A DNA stretch of 64,000 bases from Candidatus Bathyarchaeota archaeon (lineage in GTDB: Archaea > Thermoproteota > Bathyarchaeia > Bathyarchaeales > Bathycorpusculaceae), in assembly GCA_963833575.1 (NCBI GenBank), contig CAWHXY010000004.1, forward strand, positions 608,001 through 672,000. Reading direction: 5' to 3'. This document shows positions 58,385 to 64,000 of this stretch, one piece after another. Every line of letters starts with the position of its first letter. Position 1 is the first letter of the stretch. The notes below the pieces were generated by a model, which worked only from the letters and a program-made list of their open reading frames with translations, was not told where the DNA came from and did no database searches. Position numbers and translations under genes: made by a program.

Positions 58385-58478
58385 ACCTTAAAACCTCAAT
58401 ACCAATATCAATGTTCTATACCATTGGTAAAACATTAATCTTTAATCTGTGTATCGTTAGACTTTGAGGAGAAACTGC

Positions 58479-59813
58479 TTGCCTATATTACCCATCGATA
58501 CTGGTCGTTATGGAACGCCAGAAATGCTAAAAATCTTCGAAGAAGAAGCAAGGGTCCAAAAGTTGCTTGATGTGGAAGCTGCCCTTGCTTTGGCGCATGC
58601 TGAAGTAGGCAACATTCCAACAGAAGATGCTGAAACAATCGTAGCCATGGCTAACACTAAACACGTTAAGGTTGAACGGGTAAAAGCTATTGAAAAAGAA
58701 ATAAAGCATGATATTGCCTCATTAGTTCGTGCTCTTTCAGAAGTGAGTGGCTCAAGTGGCGCGTTCGTGCATTTGGGAGCAACAAGCTACGACATTGTCG
58801 ATACCGCAAATGCGTTGCAGCTTAAAGATGCTGAGACTCTTATTGAGAAAAAACTTATTGATTTGAAAGGGATTTTGCAGAGGCAGGCGGCTCGGTATAA
58901 AGATACCGTTATGATTGGCAGAACTCATGGACAGCATGCTTTGCCGATTACTTTGGGCTTTAAGTTTGCTGTTTGGGGCTACGAGGTTAACAGGCACTTT
59001 GAACGGTTAGAGGAATGCAAGAAACGCGTTCTTGTGGGGAAGGTTAGCGGTGCGGTGGGTACGCAGGCGGGTTTGGGCGAACATGCCGCGGTGATTCAGG
59101 AACTCGTTATGAAACGGCTTGGCCTCAATGCCGCAGAAATTTCAACGCAGATTGTACAAAGAGATCGCTACGCTGAACTCATATGCATTTATGCAATGAT
59201 TGCTTCTTCGCTAGAAAATTTTGCAACTGAAATACGGGAACTCCAAAGACCTGAAATAGCCGAGGTTTTTGAAGCATTCGAAGCCAGCAAACAGGTCGGT
59301 AGTTCCACAATGCCCCACAAACAGAACCCAGAAACATGCGAACGAGTTTGCGGTTTAGCCAGAATCGTGCGAAGCCTCAGCACTCCTTCATTGGAAGACA
59401 TGATTACTTGGCATGAAAGAGACCTGACTCAATCTTCAGCTGAACGGTTTATTCTGCCTGAATCAAATATATTGCTAGATTATTTGCTTAGCTTAATGTG
59501 CAATATTGTGGCTAACCTGAGAATTGACAAAGAGAAAATGCTTCAGAACCTTAGCATAACTCAGGGACGGGCAATGTCAGAGTCAGTTATGATGGCTTTG
59601 GCAAAGAAAGGCGTGAATAGGCAAGAAGCCCACGAACTGCTGAGAAAACTGACAATCAAAAGTGCAGCCGAAAAAGGGGATTTCAAGCATGTTTTACTCC
59701 AAGACAAACTAGTAAGCAGCAAGCTGACCGAAGTAGAAATCGACCAAGCATTAGATCCGAAGAATTATTTGGGCACAGCGGTTAAGCAAGCAGAAAAATT
59801 CGCGAAAAGCTAA
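58479..59813 (+). CDS. purB: Adenylosuccinate lyase
   Basis: HLGATSYD, GRTHGQHA, GSSTMPHKQNP, WHERDL. Confidence 0.96.
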   Translation: MPILPIDTGRYGTPEMLKIFEEEARVQKLLDVEAALALAHAEVGNIPTEDAETIVAMANTKHVKVERVKAIEKEIKHDIASLVRALSEVSGSSGAFVHLGATSYDIVDTANALQLKDAETLIEKKLIDLKGILQRQAARYKDTVMIGRTHGQHALPITLGFKFAVWGYEVNRHFERLEECKKRVLVGKVSGAVGTQAGLGEHAAVIQELVMKRLGLNAAEISTQIVQRDRYAELICIYAMIASSLENFATEIRELQRPEIAEVFEAFEASKQVGSSTMPHKQNPETCERVCGLARIVRSLSTPSLEDMITWHERDLTQSSAERFILPESNILLDYLLSLMCNIVANLRIDKEKMLQNLSITQGRAMSESVMMALAKKGVNRQEAHELLRKLTIKSAAEKGDFKHVLLQDKLVSSKLTEVEIDQALDPKNYLGTAVKQAEKFAKS

Positions 59814-62044
59814 AAATCGCCAAGAGCTTTTTGCTTAAATTCCTGCTCAGTACCCAGTTTGTCCCATTCGTCTTTTTTCACGTAGCCGCCAACTTGCTCC
59901 TTAATTTTCTTAGCCAATCGTGGGCCTACAGTTGGCAGGTTTGTTAAGTCTTCGATTGACGCATGTTTTATGTCTTCGATAGTTTGGTAGCCTGCATTGT
60001 AAATTATGCGTCCACGGACTCTACCGATCCCCTCAAGGTGAACAAGGGGCAGGAGTTCTTTCTTTATGCCTTTAGAAACACGTTCAACCAACTCGCACGT
60101 AAGGGGTAAGATCTCTTTTGCTCCAAAAAGGGGGGCTAACTCGTCGGTGGCATGAAGCAGCCATTTTGCATTCTCAATTGTTCTGTAAAGATCGCCGGGC
60201 TGCACATTATATTGTTCTATGAGTTTTTCTTCGCTGACTTCTTCAATCCAGCTTTTCATAACTTGGGCAGTCTTGATTTCACCAAGGAACTGCTCATATG
60301 TTAAATGGTCGTCCCACTCGTTTGGAACATCAACAAACAGCTCATCTCTATGTTGTTCCATTTGAACCGCCAATACATCAAATTCCCTAGCATATGGTCT
60401 CATAACAGGTCCCATGTCAGGCGTGTGAGAAATCAAATGAAGCAAACCAAAATCCGTTAAATTAGCTGGTTTATTTAGCAGAGCATTACGAAGAACAATC
60501 GCGGAAAGTGGATCGATGTATAATTCGCTTGTTCGTTTTCCAAACCTTGTGGCATAAATATTGTCTCCACTTAAATCAATCATTTCTTCTTCATACAACG
60601 TCTTCAAAATTTTCCCGATAATACCCTTGATTGCTTTTACATCGTATTGGTAAGCGTAAAATGTTTTAGCGAAGAACTCGTAAATGCCCTCTTCAGAGTG
60701 AGCAAAATCTGAAGCCACCGTTGCCAAAACGTGACCTCTAATTATTTTTTCAACTCCAAGTCTTGACCAAATCCGCTCCGGTTTAGCCATAATATAGCCC
60801 TCCATCAGATAATCCGCTTCGTCAGAGGTCTTGGCGATGAGTATCGATTCTCCTACTTTGTCGTATTTTGGTCTCCCTGCTCTACCTGCCATCTGCTTAT
60901 ACTCTAACACGCTGATAGGGTAGTTTCCGTAGCCTGGCTCATATCGTCTATAATCCTGAATGATAACCGTTCGCGCTGGAAGATTAACACCAAAAGCCAG
61001 TGTTGGGGTAGCGGTTAAAACTTTGATTTTTCCCTCCTTAAACCCATCTTCAATTATCTTACGATGAGCACCTACCAAACCCGCATGATGAAAAGCCGCA
61101 CCACACTTAACAAAGTCAGCAAGGGTTTCACTAATTTGAGTCCGTTCGCCCGCTAACAAAATTTTCGCAGCCTCATGCTCCAACGTTCGTTTCATCGGTT
61201 TAGATAAGACGTCGCTCGTGTGTTGAGCCACCGTTTTTGCTGCTGAAACTGCGTTTTTCCTTGTAGAAGCAAAAACGAGTGCTTGGCCACCCGTTTTGAT
61301 TGTATTTAATACGAGGTTTACTGTCGGGATGTGTGTTTTCTTTTCTACTTTTCTTGCGTCGCCATCTTTGTATTGAATTTCATCGTTTAAAACGATACCT
61401 TCTTTGAGGCTTACCGGTCTCCAGTCAGTAACGATATAGGCAGCATTTAGCCACCCAGCGATTTCATCAACATTCCCTATGGTGGCACTTAATGCCAAAA
61501 CCTGAATGCCAGGATTAACCTGCAAAAGCCTAGCCAACACTACTTCAAGAGTTGGACCCCTCCCAGCATCATTTAATAGATGAACCTCATCAGCTATCAC
61601 CAAAGAAATCTCATCCATCCATTTGGCACGGTGCCGCAGAAGTGAATCAGCTTTCTCGTTGGTGGTAACTATTATGTCGTATCGTTGAAGCCAATTGTCG
61701 GCGGTGTCAAAGTCGCCTGTGCTAATGCCGACGCTAACTTTTCGGCCATCCGCTTTCTTGATAGACGCATATTTTTTGAAGTCTTCGAATTTTTCGCTCG
61801 CCAAAGCCCGAAGCGGTGCCAGATAAATTACTTTGCCACCCTTTTCAAGCACATGCTTGAGACTACAAAGCTCAGCTATCAAAGTTTTACCCGAAGCAGT
61901 TGGGCTTGCCAAAACAATATTTTTTCCTTCCAGCACTCCTGCCCGTATGGTGTCCTCTTGAGGAGGAAACAACTCCGTAATCCCCAAGTTAAGAAGGACT
62001 TCTTTGACCGATTCTGGAACAGGTAACTCAACAATCTTCAACAT
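59810..62044 (-). CDS. hel308: Hel308/Ski2-like DNA helicase
   Basis: PTASGKT, DEVH, LSAT, FHHAGL, TPTLAFGVNLP, QMAGRAGRP, HhH C-terminus. Confidence 0.95.
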   Translation of the reverse strand: MLKIVELPVPESVKEVLLNLGITELFPPQEDTIRAGVLEGKNIVLASPTASGKTLIAELCSLKHVLEKGGKVIYLAPLRALASEKFEDFKKYASIKKADGRKVSVGISTGDFDTADNWLQRYDIIVTTNEKADSLLRHRAKWMDEISLVIADEVHLLNDAGRGPTLEVVLARLLQVNPGIQVLALSATIGNVDEIAGWLNAAYIVTDWRPVSLKEGIVLNDEIQYKDGDARKVEKKTHIPTVNLVLNTIKTGGQALVFASTRKNAVSAAKTVAQHTSDVLSKPMKRTLEHEAAKILLAGERTQISETLADFVKCGAAFHHAGLVGAHRKIIEDGFKEGKIKVLTATPTLAFGVNLPARTVIIQDYRRYEPGYGNYPISVLEYKQMAGRAGRPKYDKVGESILIAKTSDEADYLMEGYIMAKPERIWSRLGVEKIIRGHVLATVASDFAHSEEGIYEFFAKTFYAYQYDVKAIKGIIGKILKTLYEEEMIDLSGDNIYATRFGKRTSELYIDPLSAIVLRNALLNKPANLTDFGLLHLISHTPDMGPVMRPYAREFDVLAVQMEQHRDELFVDVPNEWDDHLTYEQFLGEIKTAQVMKSWIEEVSEEKLIEQYNVQPGDLYRTIENAKWLLHATDELAPLFGAKEILPLTCELVERVSKGIKKELLPLVHLEGIGRVRGRIIYNAGYQTIEDIKHASIEDLTNLPTVGPRLAKKIKEQVGGYVKKDEWDKLGTEQEFKQKALGDF

Positions 62045-62202
62045 TAAACTCGCCGTTATGTTACTTAATTTATGAGTATCGACAAGCTAATTAATAGAAT
62101 TAGTCCAAACGAAAGCGTTTTTTTCAGCTACATTTTTCTACTTGATATGATATTAAGCAAAGTGACGAGTTATATTATCCCTAATATCAGGTAGGATACT
62201 GT

Positions 62203-63426
62203 ATGGTTGAAAACGTAAAAGAACTCCTTAAACTTCATGAAGGCATAACACATGAAGTTTACTTAGACAACGAAAACTCCAGCATAGTCCCCCAAGAAGT
62301 CATTGACGAAATGCTGCCATATTTTAATAAAAAAGCTTACGGCAATCCAACCCTCACGCACAAACCCGGCTGGGAAGCTTTCGAAGTAATAATAAACTGC
62401 TTCAAGAAAATCAGCCAAGACATAGGCGCAAAAATTCTCGAAGAAATCACGTTCACCCCAGGCGAAACAGAAGCAAATAACTTAGCTATTATGGGCACAT
62501 GCTTTGCACAAAAAAACAAAGGCAAAAAAATCATCATATCCGAAATTGAACCAATAAACGTCTTGCAAGTTGCTGAGATGATGCAGAAATTCGGTTTCAC
62601 AACCCAAAAAATCCCAGTAAACCAAGAAGGATTCATCAACCTTGAAAAACTGAAAGAAGCCGTCGACAACGAAACCATACTTGTCAGCATTTCAGCAGTC
62701 AACAATGAAATCGGCACAGTACAACCCATTAAAGAAGCGGTTGATATCGTAAAAGCCAAAAACCCACAAGCTCTCTTCCACACAGATGCCTCAGACGCCT
62801 ACGGAAGAATACCATTTAACGTTCAAAACCTAAACGTTGACTTAGCCACCATCAGCAGCTTCAAGATTCAGGGTCCACGCGGCATGGGTGCAATGTACTT
62901 ACGAGATGGATTAAACATGGAACGCATTTTAGAGGGGCAAATTGGAACTCAGAAGCTTTGGCCAGGAGTCGAAAATACACCATTAATTGTTGGTTTCACC
63001 AAGGCGTCGGAGCTTGCATTTCAAAACTTCGAAGCAAACACCACGAAAATGCGAATGTTACGTGATAAACTTGTTGATGGAATATTTGGCGAACTAGATG
63101 ATTTACGCTTTAATGGTCCAAAAGGAGAAAAACGATCCCCAGACAACGCAAATGTAAGTATTTTGCGTGCTGAAGGCGAAGCGTTAACCATCGAACTCAG
63201 CCTCACGGGAGTGTATGTTTCCAGCGGAAGCGCATGCAGCCGAAGACTGTTGCAGCCAAGCCACGTTTTAATTGCCATTGGACGTATATTCGAAGAAGCG
63301 CACGGCAGCATTCTCATGAAAGTCACGCGAAACCACACAGAAGAGGATATAGCTTACGTTTTGAAAGTCTTACCAACAGCTGTCAATCGTATTAGAGGGA
63401 TAGTTGGCTCGACAGGAGTGCATTAG
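62203..63426 (+). CDS. IscS/NifS-like protein with a degenerate PLP site
   Basis: Group I fold motifs (GNP, VNNEIG, SSGSAC) but EPINVL, DASD, SSFK, LWPGV and SILMK replace conserved residues. Confidence 0.8.
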   Translation: MVENVKELLKLHEGITHEVYLDNENSSIVPQEVIDEMLPYFNKKAYGNPTLTHKPGWEAFEVIINCFKKISQDIGAKILEEITFTPGETEANNLAIMGTCFAQKNKGKKIIISEIEPINVLQVAEMMQKFGFTTQKIPVNQEGFINLEKLKEAVDNETILVSISAVNNEIGTVQPIKEAVDIVKAKNPQALFHTDASDAYGRIPFNVQNLNVDLATISSFKIQGPRGMGAMYLRDGLNMERILEGQIGTQKLWPGVENTPLIVGFTKASELAFQNFEANTTKMRMLRDKLVDGIFGELDDLRFNGPKGEKRSPDNANVSILRAEGEALTIELSLTGVYVSSGSACSRRLLQPSHVLIAIGRIFEEAHGSILMKVTRNHTEEDIAYVLKVLPTAVNRIRGIVGSTGVH

Positions 63427-63427
63427 T

Positions 63428-63946
63428 ATGTCACGTATACCTTTACCTTACAACCCAAAAGTTATGGATTTATTTAGAAACCCGAAAAACCTAGGAAAAA
63501 TGGACGACGCTACAGTTGTAGCCGTAGCAGGAAACCCAGCTTGCGGAGACATGATAACCTTCTACCTAAAAATAACCAAAGAAGACATCATTGAAAAAGC
63601 AAGCTTTGAGAGCTATGGTTGCGCTGCAAACATTGCAACTTCAAGCATAGTTACAGAAATGATTAAGGGCTTAAGTCTTGAAGCTGCATGGAAAGATATA
63701 ACTTGGAAGAGAGTCACCGAGGAAATAGGTGGATTACCAAGCGTCAAATTCCACTGTGGAGTACTTGCAGTAGGCGCATTGAAGCGTGCCATTAGGCAGT
63801 ATTTCAAAGAAAAAGGTGCAACAGCCCCAAGTTGGATGCCGGCGGAACATACGTTTGAGGAAAAACAAGCACTGGAAGAAGAAGAGTTGGCAAAGACACT
63901 ATCTAAGAGATTAAAGCCAGAGGAAGAGAAAAAGGCAGAGAACTAA
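63428..63946 (+). CDS. iscU: IscU/NifU-like Fe-S scaffold protein
   Basis: NPKNLG, GNPACGD, GCAA, LPSVKFHC; charged C-terminal extension. Confidence 0.92.
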   Translation: MSRIPLPYNPKVMDLFRNPKNLGKMDDATVVAVAGNPACGDMITFYLKITKEDIIEKASFESYGCAANIATSSIVTEMIKGLSLEAAWKDITWKRVTEEIGGLPSVKFHCGVLAVGALKRAIRQYFKEKGATAPSWMPAEHTFEEKQALEEEELAKTLSKRLKPEEEKKAEN

Positions 63947-63948
63947 TC

Positions 63949-64000
63949 GTGGACGCACAAGCGCTTCGCAAAGACTTTCCAATACTAAAACGTCAAGTAA
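63949..64000 (+). CDS. Probable SufS-type cysteine desulfurase, N-terminus only (truncated by window edge)
   Basis: GTG start, MDAQALRKDFPILKRQV, matches the group II R.DFP.L pattern. Confidence 0.7.
   Translation, partial: MDAQALRKDFPILKRQV

Noticed and set aside
1-64000. CRISPR array, rRNA, intact transposase/integrase, inteins in RtcB or Hel308
   Set aside because: No regularly spaced repeats, rRNA-like tracts or recombinase motifs were seen, and RtcB and Hel308 have normal lengths.

Overview
This is an archaeal chromosomal window, most consistent with Candidatus Bathyarchaeia (inferred from TFB, Gar1, Alba, L7Ae/S28e/L24e/L40e, Hel308, EndoQ, RtcB/archease, an intron-containing tRNA, an Elf1-like gene and an Mtd-like dehydrogenase). 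It holds a sugar-phosphate/glycogen neighbourhood (DUF2090-type aldolase + GlpX, bacterial-type GAPDH + PGK, three GT4 genes, GH57, two proteins sharing a DUF5752-like domain), HypA with an Mrp-type HypB, TldD/PmbA, two cyclophilins, a DAP lysine operon, information-processing genes, two VapBC pairs and an IscS/IscU/SufS cluster. Two tRNA genes are present: Arg-CCG with a BHB intron, and Gly-TCC. The most notable observations are: (1) an IscS paralog with most PLP/substrate residues replaced but the persulfide Cys kept, beside IscU and a probable SufS; (2) a DUF5752-like domain fused both to a wHTH regulator and to a GH57; (3) three decayed tRNA 3'-end copies bracketing two toxin-antitoxin cassettes; (4) a probable split-integrase N-fragment reading through tRNA-Gly; (5) a ~950-bp insertion flanked by a duplicated 3' end of a glycosyltransferase gene. 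All calls come from reading motifs by eye; no database searches were run.
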